Source: Gemmatimonadota bacterium (lineage in GTDB: Bacteria; JBHIER01; G020348925). Taken from it: DNA of 64,000 bases. The stretch is taken from assembly GCA_020348925.1 (NCBI GenBank), contig CP070758.1:1896030-1960029 (forward strand), given 5' to 3'. How positions within the stretch are numbered: position 1 is the first letter of the stretch; each line of letters opens with the position of its first letter. The position numbers and the translations under genes were made by a program. Positions 43,668 through 52,307 of the stretch are shown piece after piece. Below the pieces are notes generated by a model. That model saw nothing but the letters and a program-made list of their open reading frames with translations, searched no databases and was not told where the DNA came from.

Positions 43668-44906
43668 TTACCTGTTCATTTTGAAAGTGTACACGTTCGG
43701 ATGAGCTCGACAAATGATGTACTCCCCACGCTCTGAGAAATGGATGTAATTTTCGGGCAATATATCTTCAGGCGCTTCCATTTCAATTGCATCGACTTCT
43801 TGGCCTTGCAGGTCGAATAGAACAAAGCGATAGGTAACAGGGCCTCCTCGAGTGGGGTGGTATTCAATTATTGATGCCGCAATATATTCTGCAGATAAGG
43901 CAACAGAGGAGATCCAATAGTATGGTGGTCCCACCTCACGCTCCCAGAGCAGTGAAGCCGTCTCTGTTTCAAAGAAAAGTAACTTGTTCATACCCCCAAC
44001 GATCAGATACTCCCCATCGTAGGGAGAAAAAGCCATTTCGTGAGCGTGGCTGATGTGACATAGCATTTCTCTCAGAATACTGCCATCCTTACGCAGGAGA
44101 GTAAGGTATGCCTCATTTGAAGGTGTAATCTCAACAGTTCCTTTCATGGGTATTGCACGCACTTCTCCAACTTCTGATGGGATTTTCTCGGTTTGCTCCT
44201 TTTTGGCCTTGGGCCGGGTCAACCTATCGTTGATTGATATATACGAGCCTGCAGAAGAGATTATGGCTTTTTTGTCTGAATGGCGAGAGAATTCTCTTTT
44301 CCATAAGAGCTGTCCTTCGGATGTAAAAAGATGTAAATCTTTGCTCCAGGCCAAAAAGGTACCTCCATCGTCCGAAAAGTGGCCACCGCTGAGGTGCATT
44401 TCATAAGTATTAATGGGCTCAAGTGATTCAATGGCGTAAAAGTCCAGCCGTTGTCCGAAATTTGAATTTGTTGAGACAAAATTCTGTCCATTATTGGAGA
44501 TATAGATGGCATCTTCCGTCTCACCTTTCCAAATTTCTCTTTCATCCTTGTTTAACAAGGATGAAAGAACACCCCATTCACCTTCTTTTTCGCCGGCTCC
44601 CGGATGTTTAGGGTAATATGATTTGATAGCCTTATAATGACCATTTGTGGAGAAGGCCTGCCTGTTATCTCCCCCCGGATGGAATTCCATAAACGTCTTC
44701 GCCAGCGCCCCTTGAATTTTAGGCATCTCATCGTTTGTCAGAACCTTCGGAAACGGGCCGCTCTCCTCAGATATTTCGAGTAACTCCAAAGATACTTTTC
44801 CAGGAGCGAAAGAAACATCCTTAAGAATAAATGGTATAAATACAATTAGACAAAAGCAAACGCCTAAAATGAACTTCTTCTTCAAAAATATCTCTTGTTT
44901 CATCAT
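43668..44906 (-). CDS. Secreted/anchored beta-propeller-like hypothetical protein
   Basis: N-terminal hydrophobic segment; repeated ISNNG/FSDDG/ISSAG/FSPYDG/FSERG and GQLLW motifs. Confidence 0.65.
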   Translation of the reverse strand: MMKQEIFLKKKFILGVCFCLIVFIPFILKDVSFAPGKVSLELLEISEESGPFPKVLTNDEMPKIQGALAKTFMEFHPGGDNRQAFSTNGHYKAIKSYYPKHPGAGEKEGEWGVLSSLLNKDEREIWKGETEDAIYISNNGQNFVSTNSNFGQRLDFYAIESLEPINTYEMHLSGGHFSDDGGTFLAWSKDLHLFTSEGQLLWKREFSRHSDKKAIISSAGSYISINDRLTRPKAKKEQTEKIPSEVGEVRAIPMKGTVEITPSNEAYLTLLRKDGSILREMLCHISHAHEMAFSPYDGEYLIVGGMNKLLFFETETASLLWEREVGPPYYWISSVALSAEYIAASIIEYHPTRGGPVTYRFVLFDLQGQEVDAIEMEAPEDILPENYIHFSERGEYIICRAHPNVYTFKMNR

Positions 44907-45011
44907 GGATACTCCTTGAAGTTGTGAGTGATACAATCTACGTACCATGTTATGTTGAAAACATAGTCATTTTGATTCCCCCATGTCAATACTACTAATG
45001 TGATATTTACA

Positions 45012-45782
45012 TCAATTTTGTGACATTTTTGCTTTTGATTTTGAGAATTGACTCCGATGCTCTTTGGGAGTATGGCCAAATGTTCTTTTGAAAAGTTGAA
45101 TAAAATGAGATTCTAACTGATAACCGCACTTTTGGCCGACAATTTTTACCGAGTGCGTGGTCGTTTCGACCAACATTTTCGCCTCCTCCATCCGGACTTC
45201 CTCAAGGAACTCGTGAATAGTCTGTCCCAATTGACAGTGAAAGATTCTTGAAAGATGTTCACGACTACAGTCTACAGAGGCTGCAACCTCATTGACTCCA
45301 ATATTCTTTTGAAAATTTTCCACTATGAAGTCCACAGCTCTTCGCACTCTGAAAGGAAGCTTTTGATTATCAAAATTTTGTCTGAAATTTTTGTTGTCTT
45401 TATAAAAGTCGTCTCTTTCAAGGATTTCCTTGACTATTTCAAAAATCTGTTTTGGGCTGAAGGGTTTGATGATGTATCGGAAAATCTGATATTCAGAAAA
45501 TCTGGCGGCCACCTCCTCCGAACCCTTTCCGGTGACGACGACCAACGGAGTGTCGAAATCCTTTTCCCGAAATTTCTCCATAAATTCCAGGCCGTTCATT
45601 CCGGGTAGTTGATAGTCCAGGAACAGGAGTCTGATATCCGCCCTCCGATCCAGTATCATTAGAGCCTCTTCGGCCGTCTTGGCCAGGACCAGATCGTAGT
45701 CGTCCCCCAAGATGACGTCATACGAAGCCCTTATGGCCTCTTCGTCTTCAACGATCAGAATGATGGGTTTTCTGTCAGGCAT
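45012..45782 (-). CDS. Response regulator with AraC-type HTH (YesN-like)
   Basis: ILIVEDE, FLDYQLPGMNG, IIKPF; HLSRIF...FIQLFKRTFGHTPKEHR. Confidence 0.9.
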   Translation of the reverse strand: MPDRKPIILIVEDEEAIRASYDVILGDDYDLVLAKTAEEALMILDRRADIRLLFLDYQLPGMNGLEFMEKFREKDFDTPLVVVTGKGSEEVAARFSEYQIFRYIIKPFSPKQIFEIVKEILERDDFYKDNKNFRQNFDNQKLPFRVRRAVDFIVENFQKNIGVNEVAASVDCSREHLSRIFHCQLGQTIHEFLEEVRMEEAKMLVETTTHSVKIVGQKCGYQLESHFIQLFKRTFGHTPKEHRSQFSKSKAKMSQN

Positions 45783-45983
45783 GACCCCACTTTTCCAAAA
45801 CCAAAGAGACGTTCACAGGTCAGTTGTAGATCTCTTAAGCTCGATAGACTTCCTCCTTGATTGTACAATAAATGGGACTGATTACGGAAAGTCAAGTGCA
45901 TTCTCGTAGAATCGTGACCGGATTGATTTCAGGGTGAAGTTATGTTGTGCTTTCACAGGAGTAAAAGGTAGGCAACTTTCCTC

Positions 45984-46012
45984 TTGATAGGAGAAGAGGG
46001 TAGGTGTATATT
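45984..46012 (+). promoter_or_regulatory. Sigma70-like promoter upstream of archease
   Basis: TTGATA-17 nt-TATATT. Confidence 0.45.
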
Positions 46013-46090
46013 ACCATACTCTTAGTAGGATTTTGAAGAGATCGTGGTTGGAAGGTATTCAGTTTGAGATAGGTAAATAAGGAGTCTGAA

Positions 46091-46296
46091 TTGTCCCTCA
46101 TATCTGGGAAAAGGCGGGGTCGTGAATATTTTGATCATCAGGCCGATATCGGTATTGTTGGTTTTGGAGCCTCACTTCAGGAGGCCTTCGAAGAGGCGGC
46201 TGTGGCGATGTTCGACCTCATTGTGGATGTCAGTCGGGTTGAACCGAGAGACGAGATAGCTATAGAATGTCAGGCCGCAGATAAAGAAGAACTCTT
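46091..46296 (+). CDS. Archease (RtcB cofactor), truncated by gap
   Basis: YFDHQADIGIVGFGASLQEAFEEAAVAMFD...AADKEEL matches the archease N-terminal DHxAD motif. Confidence 0.85.
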
Positions 46297-46396
46297 NNNN
46301 NNNNNNNNNNNNNNNNNNNNNNNNNNNNNNNNNNNNNNNNNNNNNNNNNNNNNNNNNNNNNNNNNNNNNNNNNNNNNNNNNNNNNNNNNNNNNNNN
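46297..46396. other. Assembly gap (100 N)
   Basis: N run. Confidence 0.99.
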
Positions 46397-46417
46397 CAAG
46401 TCCCTCTGGGCGTGCCA
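46397..46417 (+). tRNA. 3' end of a tRNA (probably Arg), 5' part lost in gap
   Basis: CAAGT (T-loop end)-CCCTC-TGGGCGT-G-CCA fits T-stem, acceptor strand, discriminator and CCA. Confidence 0.6.
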
Positions 46418-46421
46418 CTTT

Positions 46422-46453
46422 AAGAGATCGGTCTTCAGGCCGGTCTCTTTTTT
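46422..46453 (+). terminator. Rho-independent terminator after the tRNA 3' end
   Basis: AAGAGATCGG-tcttcagg-CCGGTCTCTT then TTTT. Confidence 0.7.
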
Positions 46454-46685
46454 GTCGATATTCTCCTCAGCCGGGTTTTGATCCTCAGCACCTCTTGTGA
46501 AACATTTGGAAAACTTGATGTTTTTTTATATTTTAATATCAAAAGTGCTCGCCCCGAATCTCTCCGATGAGGTGAGTGTTTCGAGGAGTGTAACCTAATA
46601 GTATGGACAAGGTCATGCGCAATGCTACCAAAGAGAACGAAGGATTCGAAAGCGGTCCTGCTGTTTTATAGAGAGGAGCGTCCGA

Positions 46686-48110
46686 TTGAAGAGAGAACAC
46701 GTGCAGGACAGGAAAGAACAGATAAGAAAAGCATTGGAACTTTCTTATTTTACCATTCAAAGAGCACCTGATGCAATTTTCTGGATCGATATGGAGGGGC
46801 GAATACACCGGGTGAATGAAGCGGCTTGTCGACTTCTGGGATACTCAAGAGGTGAACTTACGGGCATGGAGGCGTATAAACTGTACCGTGAAGAGAATGA
46901 TGAGATTTGGCGTAAAAGATGGACAGAATTCGAAAAGCAAAAGATATTCACCTTCGAGAGTTGTATGTTCACAAAAGATGGGCACCCGTTGCCCGTAGAG
47001 GTTTCGCGAAACTATTTTGAATTCGAGGGGAAAAAGTTCACTTGCAGCTTTGTGCGCGACATAACGGAACGCAAACGCTCGGAGGAATCCCTTAAAAACG
47101 CGCTGACGGAAGTTGAGCAGTTAAAAAATCAGCTTGAAAAGGAAAATCTTTATTTGCAGGATGAGATTAAACTCACACACAATTTCGAGGAGATCATCAG
47201 TCGGGATGATGGATTTAAAAAGGTGTTGGCAGAGGTTGAACAGGTTGCGGCCACAGAGGCCACGGTCTTGATACTTGGAGAAACCGGCACTGGCAAGGAG
47301 CTCATAGCTCGAGCTATTCATAACATAAGCTCCCGCAGAGATCGTCCTCTGGTCAAGGTCAATTGTGCGGCTATACCGGCCAATCTCATTGAAAGTGAGT
47401 TGTTCGGTCATGAAAAAGGTGCCTTTACCGGTGCCTTTGCCCGCAAAATCGGGCGTTTTGAATTAGCCAGCGGCGGTACAATTTTTCTGGATGAAATCGG
47501 CGATTTATCCATGGACCTTCAGGCCAAGCTGCTGCGCGTTTTGCAGGATGGAGAGTTCGAACGCGTTGGGAGCTCTTCCACCATAAAGGTCGATGTTCGT
47601 GTCCTCGCTGCCACAAACCGCGATCTGGATAGAGCGCTGGAGATTGGAACGTTTCGTGAGGATCTCTATTACCGTCTGAGCGTCTTTCCGATTCGGATTC
47701 CCCCCCTCCGGGACCGGAGAGACGATATTCCTATATTGTTGACACATTTTATCAAAAGGTACGCTACCAAGACGGGAAAAAGGATAGAAAAAATACCACA
47801 GAAGGTCGTCGATAGCCTGCAGGCATATCATTGGCCCGGGAATGTCCGGGAACTGGAAAACGTCATCGAGCGGGCAGTCATCATCAGCAAAGGCAATAAA
47901 CTCGAATTGGGCAGATGGTTTCCCAGGAAGGATACCCCCTCCGAAAAACGGGATATGGCCACCTTGGAGGATATGGAACGAGCCCACATTCTGAAAGTTC
48001 TGGAATTGACAGGATGGCGGGTAAGCGGTGAAAGGGGAGCCGCAAAGATCTTGGGGATCAATCCCAATACCTTGGTGTCAAGGTTGAAGAAGCTGAATAT
48101 ACACCGCTAA
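46686..48110 (+). CDS. Sigma54-dependent activator (PAS-AAA+-HTH)
   Basis: PAS domain; [39 protein letters not shown]; Fis-type HTH. Confidence 0.93.
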   Translation: MKREHVQDRKEQIRKALELSYFTIQRAPDAIFWIDMEGRIHRVNEAACRLLGYSRGELTGMEAYKLYREENDEIWRKRWTEFEKQKIFTFESCMFTKDGHPLPVEVSRNYFEFEGKKFTCSFVRDITERKRSEESLKNALTEVEQLKNQLEKENLYLQDEIKLTHNFEEIISRDDGFKKVLAEVEQVAATEATVLILGETGTGKELIARAIHNISSRRDRPLVKVNCAAIPANLIESELFGHEKGAFTGAFARKIGRFELASGGTIFLDEIGDLSMDLQAKLLRVLQDGEFERVGSSSTIKVDVRVLAATNRDLDRALEIGTFREDLYYRLSVFPIRIPPLRDRRDDIPILLTHFIKRYATKTGKRIEKIPQKVVDSLQAYHWPGNVRELENVIERAVIISKGNKLELGRWFPRKDTPSEKRDMATLEDMERAHILKVLELTGWRVSGERGAAKILGINPNTLVSRLKKLNIHR

Positions 48111-48117
48111 GAAATCT

Positions 48118-48135
48118 TTCTTGATATATCAAGAA
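48118..48135. promoter_or_regulatory. Perfect 18-bp palindrome, candidate activator binding site (UAS)
   Basis: TTCTTGATATATCAAGAA is self-complementary and lies ~120 bp upstream of a -24/-12 element. Confidence 0.55.
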
Positions 48136-48250
48136 TTTGTGTTATGTCAAGAAATCAGTTCCTTTGTCGGACGTGATTCGATAGACAATCCTGTTGTCTA
48201 AATTTCATATTATAAGCCATTTGGATTGTATTCCTCATGGCTTCTTTTTT

Positions 48251-48267
48251 TTGGCACGAATTTTGGT
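48251..48267 (+). promoter_or_regulatory. Sigma54 (-24/-12) promoter
   Basis: TTGGCACG-AATT-TTGGT; perfect -24 box, -12 GC replaced by GG. Confidence 0.6.
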
Positions 48268-48315
48268 ATATCTACAAATGATATTGAGAACTCTCAATTG
48301 ATTTTGGAGATACCG

Positions 48316-48678
48316 ATGGGTGCGAATGCAACGTACATGCCTCTCACTGCCGCAAACTTTCGCAGAGAAGTGCTTGACAGCAAACAGCCGGTATGCGTCG
48401 AGTTTACTGCGGAGTGGTGCGGTTCGTCTCACATTATGGCACCGGCTATGAGAGAAATAGCCATCAGATTTAAGGACGACGTGAAATTTTGCAGATTAAA
48501 TGTCGATGAATATCAGGACATAGCCAGGGAATACGCCGTGCAGCGTATCCCGACCATCCTCCTGTTTTTAAATAGTCAGGTTGTCGATTCTATGAGTGGT
48601 GCTCTGCCGAAAAAGATACTGACTCAAAAGTTGAAAGGGCTCATTCAAGAGCATAATGGAGACTATGACGCAAAGTGA
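48316..48678 (+). CDS. Thioredoxin-like protein with CxxS (WCGSS) active site
   Basis: VEFTAEWCGSSHIMAP, RLNVDE, IPTILLF; RBS GGAG. Confidence 0.85.
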   Translation: MGANATYMPLTAANFRREVLDSKQPVCVEFTAEWCGSSHIMAPAMREIAIRFKDDVKFCRLNVDEYQDIAREYAVQRIPTILLFLNSQVVDSMSGALPKKILTQKLKGLIQEHNGDYDAK

Positions 48679-48719
48679 AAGACTGTTGACTTCACAAAAA
48701 ATTGAATTGAGGTGTCGGT

Positions 48720-51700
48720 ATGAAAAAATTTCAAAATGAAACAATGGACGGGAATATGGCTGCCGCTCATGTCGGATATGCTTTCAGCGAAGTTGCTGCG
48801 ATTTATCCTATTACTCCCTCTTCGGTGATGGGGGAATATGTTGACATGTGGGCAGCGAATAACCGCAAGAATATTTTTGGGCAAACCGTCGATGTTATCG
48901 AGATGCAGTCAGAAGGCGGAGCTGCCGGTGCGGTACATGGAGCGCTGTCCGCGGGCGCCTTCACGACGACCTACACGGCATCCCAGGGTCTGATGCTGAT
49001 GCTTCCGAATATGCATAAGATCGCCGGTGAGATGCTGCCGACGGTATTCCACGTTTCTGCCCGGTCGCTGGCCTGCCAATCACTCTCAATTTTCGGTGAC
49101 CATTCTGACGTTATGTCCGCGCGAAATACGGGATTTGCTCTCATGGCAGCCAGCTCCGTACAAGAAATCATGGATCTTGGCGTCGTCTCTCATCTGAGTA
49201 CATTACAATCCAAAATCCCGTTCTTGAATTTTTTCGACGGATTCAGGAATTCGCACGAAATTCAAAAGATCGACGTGATCGATTACGAGACCATGGCTGA
49301 AATGGCGGACATGAAATATATTGAGGATTTCCGCAGCCGCGCCTTAAATCCTGAAAAGCCGATGATAAAAGTCGGCGCCCAAAATCCCGAGGTGTATTTT
49401 CAAGGCAGGGAGACCGTGAACACGTATTACAGTGAAGCCCCAGGCATCGTTCAGGAATACATGGATATTGTGGCGGGAAGAACAGGCCGACAGTATCATC
49501 TTTTCGATTACGTAGGGGCCGCAGATGCGAAAAAAATCATTGTCGCCATGGGCAGTGGCTGTGAGACGATCGACGAAACGGTCAATTACCTCATCAAAAA
49601 TCGCGGTGAAAAAATCGGCCTTTTAAAGGTTCGGCTCTTTCGCCCATTTTCCATTGAGCACTTCGTCAAAGGTATCCCGGAGACAGTTCACAAGATTGCG
49701 GTTTTAGACAGGACAAAAGAACCGGGGGCCATTGGTGAACCGCTCTATCTGGATGTCGTTTCTGCTCTCAAAGGGAGAAAGAACCTCACCATAATTGGCG
49801 GCAGATACGGATTGTCATCAAAGGAATTCACACCGTCAATGGTCAAAGCCGTGTACGATCATCTTGACGACTCATGTACACACGGCTTTACTGTCGGAAT
49901 CAACGATGATGTAGCCGGTACGTCCATTGAGGTGAAAGAAGAGATCAATTCAGTGCCTGAAGGAACCATCAGCTGTAAATTCTGGGGACTGGGTGCCGAT
50001 GGGACTGTTGGTGCCAATAAGAATTCCATCAAAATTATCGGAGACAACACGGAATTGTTTGCTCAAGGATATTTTCAGTACGATTCGAAAAAGTCCGGCG
50101 GCATCACCCGCAGTCATTTACGGTTTGGAAAATCCCCGATTCAATCTCCGTATCTGGTTCGGAACGCCGACTTCATCGCCTGCCATAATCCGGCGTTCAT
50201 CGGACGCTATGATCTTCTTGAAGGCATCAAAGACGGCGGTGTTTTTCTGCTGAACGCTGCCTGGAGAAAGGAAGACGTATTTGAGAACCTGACCGAGGAT
50301 ATGCAACGGACCATTATTGAGAAGAAGATCAAACTCTATAGTATCGATGCGTTGAAAATTGCACAAGGCGTCGGATTGGGAAACCGGATCAACACGGTCA
50401 TGCAGACGGCGTTCTTCTTGATCTCCGGCGTGCTTGAAAGAAGCCAGGCGATTGCTATGATTAAGTCGGCCATCAAAAAGACCTACGGCAAGAGAGGTGA
50501 CGAGATAGTCAATATGAATTGGGCGGCGGTTGATCAAACGGATAAAGCTTTGGAGGAAATAGCTATCCCCTCTGAAATCCCAGCAAAACACAGGATCGCG
50601 ACCAATTTGGTTCCTGACGATTCGGATGATTTTACCAAAAACGTCATCGAAAAAATCATGCGGGAAAAGGGTGATGACATTCCCGTTTCTCACATGCCCT
50701 TTGACGGATATGTGCCTTCCGGGACGACGAAATTGGAAAAGCGAGGCGTAGCACCTATGGTTCCTCACTGGATTGCAGAGAAGTGTATTCAGTGTAACTT
50801 CTGCTCTTTTGTCTGCCCCCACGCTGCCATTCGGCCGAAGCTGATGACCGAAGAGAAGATCAAAGATGCTCCGGCAACATTCAACACGATTCAGGCCGCG
50901 GGCAAAGACAAGGACTTGCTTTTCAAGATTCAGGTCTATATTGAAGACTGCGTCGGTTGTCAGGATTGTGTGAATGATTGTCCCAAGGATGCTCTGGAGA
51001 TGCGGGCGATCGAAGAAGAGAGGAAAACCGGCGAGGCTAAAAATGTGCTCTTCTTCGATTCGCTTCCGAGTGATGTTCTGGGGCAGAATAGAGAAGCCTC
51101 CGTCAAGGGCAGTCAATTGAAACAGCCGCTGTTGGAGTTCTCAGGTGCCTGCGCCGGGTGCGGTGAAACCCCGTACGTGAAACTTATTACTCAGCTGGTC
51201 GGTGATCGCATGCTCATTGCCAATGCAACGGGTTGTTCTTCTATCTGGGGGGCAACCTTTCCCACCATTCCCTACGCGAAAAATGAAAAGGGACACGGTC
51301 CGGCCTGGGCCAATTCACTCTTTGAGGATAATGCCGAATACGGCTTCGGCATGAGACTGGCTGTGGATGCGAATCGGAGACAACTGCTCGACAATGTTGA
51401 TAAACTATTGGCCATGGGAACGGACGGAGCATTGAAAGAGGCGCTGATCACAGCAAAAGAACTTTGGACATCAACAGGATCGGAAGCAAAGGACAATTCA
51501 AGAAAGATTCAGCAATTACTGCCGGCGGCTATTGAAACATCCGGCAATGAGCAAAAGAGAGTTTTGCATAAGATCAAAGAACTGCAAAGCTATTTTGTCG
51601 ATAAGAGCATCTGGTCCATCGGCGGCGATGGATGGGCGTATGATATCGGATACGGGGGATTGGATCATGTGCTGGCTACAGGAAGAAACCTTAACGTACT

Positions 51701-52307
51701 CGTTCTGGATACGGAAGTATACTCCAATACCGGCGGCCAGGCCTCCAAAGCGACACCGCTGGGTTCCGTCGCAAAATTTGCCGAAGCCGGCAAGAAGACC
51801 GTTAAGAAAGATCTCGGATTGATGATGATGAGCTACGGTTATGTTTATGTTGCCTCTGTTGCCATGGGAGCCAATAAGAATCAGCTTGTGAAGGCGATCA
51901 CGGAAGCGGAGGACTATAACGGCCCCTCGATCATCATCGCCTATGCTCCTTGCATCAATCACGGCTTTGATATGTCCAAAACCCAACAGGAGGAGAAGAA
52001 AGCAGTCGAGACGGGGTACTGGGTGTTGTACCGGTACAACCCTGCATTAAAAGAGCAGAATAAAAATCCGTTCATATTGGATTCGAAAGAGCCACAACTG
52101 TCTGTGAAAGAATTTCTGAACGGCGAAAAACGGTATACTTCTCTCAAACAGACTTTCCCTGAAAAGGTCGATGGATACTGGAATGAATTTGAAAAAGTTG
52201 TCAAAGAACGATACGCTTTTTTTAAACTCCTTTCAGAGAATTCCTTGTCTGAGAGGGAAAAACCGCTTGCCAAACCGGGAAATGGCATTCCCCTAATGTC
52301 TCGATAG
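48720..52307 (+). CDS. nifJ: Pyruvate:ferredoxin (flavodoxin) oxidoreductase, homodimeric type
   Basis: YPITPS, EMQSEGGAAG, GLGADGTVG, two ferredoxin motifs, ACAGCGE, GDGWAYDIG, YSNTGGQ. Confidence 0.95.
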   Translation: MKKFQNETMDGNMAAAHVGYAFSEVAAIYPITPSSVMGEYVDMWAANNRKNIFGQTVDVIEMQSEGGAAGAVHGALSAGAFTTTYTASQGLMLMLPNMHKIAGEMLPTVFHVSARSLACQSLSIFGDHSDVMSARNTGFALMAASSVQEIMDLGVVSHLSTLQSKIPFLNFFDGFRNSHEIQKIDVIDYETMAEMADMKYIEDFRSRALNPEKPMIKVGAQNPEVYFQGRETVNTYYSEAPGIVQEYMDIVAGRTGRQYHLFDYVGAADAKKIIVAMGSGCETIDETVNYLIKNRGEKIGLLKVRLFRPFSIEHFVKGIPETVHKIAVLDRTKEPGAIGEPLYLDVVSALKGRKNLTIIGGRYGLSSKEFTPSMVKAVYDHLDDSCTHGFTVGINDDVAGTSIEVKEEINSVPEGTISCKFWGLGADGTVGANKNSIKIIGDNTELFAQGYFQYDSKKSGGITRSHLRFGKSPIQSPYLVRNADFIACHNPAFIGRYDLLEGIKDGGVFLLNAAWRKEDVFENLTEDMQRTIIEKKIKLYSIDALKIAQGVGLGNRINTVMQTAFFLISGVLERSQAIAMIKSAIKKTYGKRGDEIVNMNWAAVDQTDKALEEIAIPSEIPAKHRIATNLVPDDSDDFTKNVIEKIMREKGDDIPVSHMPFDGYVPSGTTKLEKRGVAPMVPHWIAEKCIQCNFCSFVCPHAAIRPKLMTEEKIKDAPATFNTIQAAGKDKDLLFKIQVYIEDCVGCQDCVNDCPKDALEMRAIEEERKTGEAKNVLFFDSLPSDVLGQNREASVKGSQLKQPLLEFSGACAGCGETPYVKLITQLVGDRMLIANATGCSSIWGATFPTIPYAKNEKGHGPAWANSLFEDNAEYGFGMRLAVDANRRQLLDNVDKLLAMGTDGALKEALITAKELWTSTGSEAKDNSRKIQQLLPAAIETSGNEQKRVLHKIKELQSYFVDKSIWSIGGDGWAYDIGYGGLDHVLATGRNLNVLVLDTEVYSNTGGQASKATPLGSVAKFAEAGKKTVKKDLGLMMMSYGYVYVASVAMGANKNQLVKAITEAEDYNGPSIIIAYAPCINHGFDMSKTQQEEKKAVETGYWVLYRYNPALKEQNKNPFILDSKEPQLSVKEFLNGEKRYTSLKQTFPEKVDGYWNEFEKVVKERYAFFKLLSENSLSEREKPLAKPGNGIPLMSR

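Noticed and set aside
48406-48432. Selenocysteine in the thioredoxin active site
   Set aside because: Codons are TGG TGC GGT TCG TCT; there is no in-frame TGA
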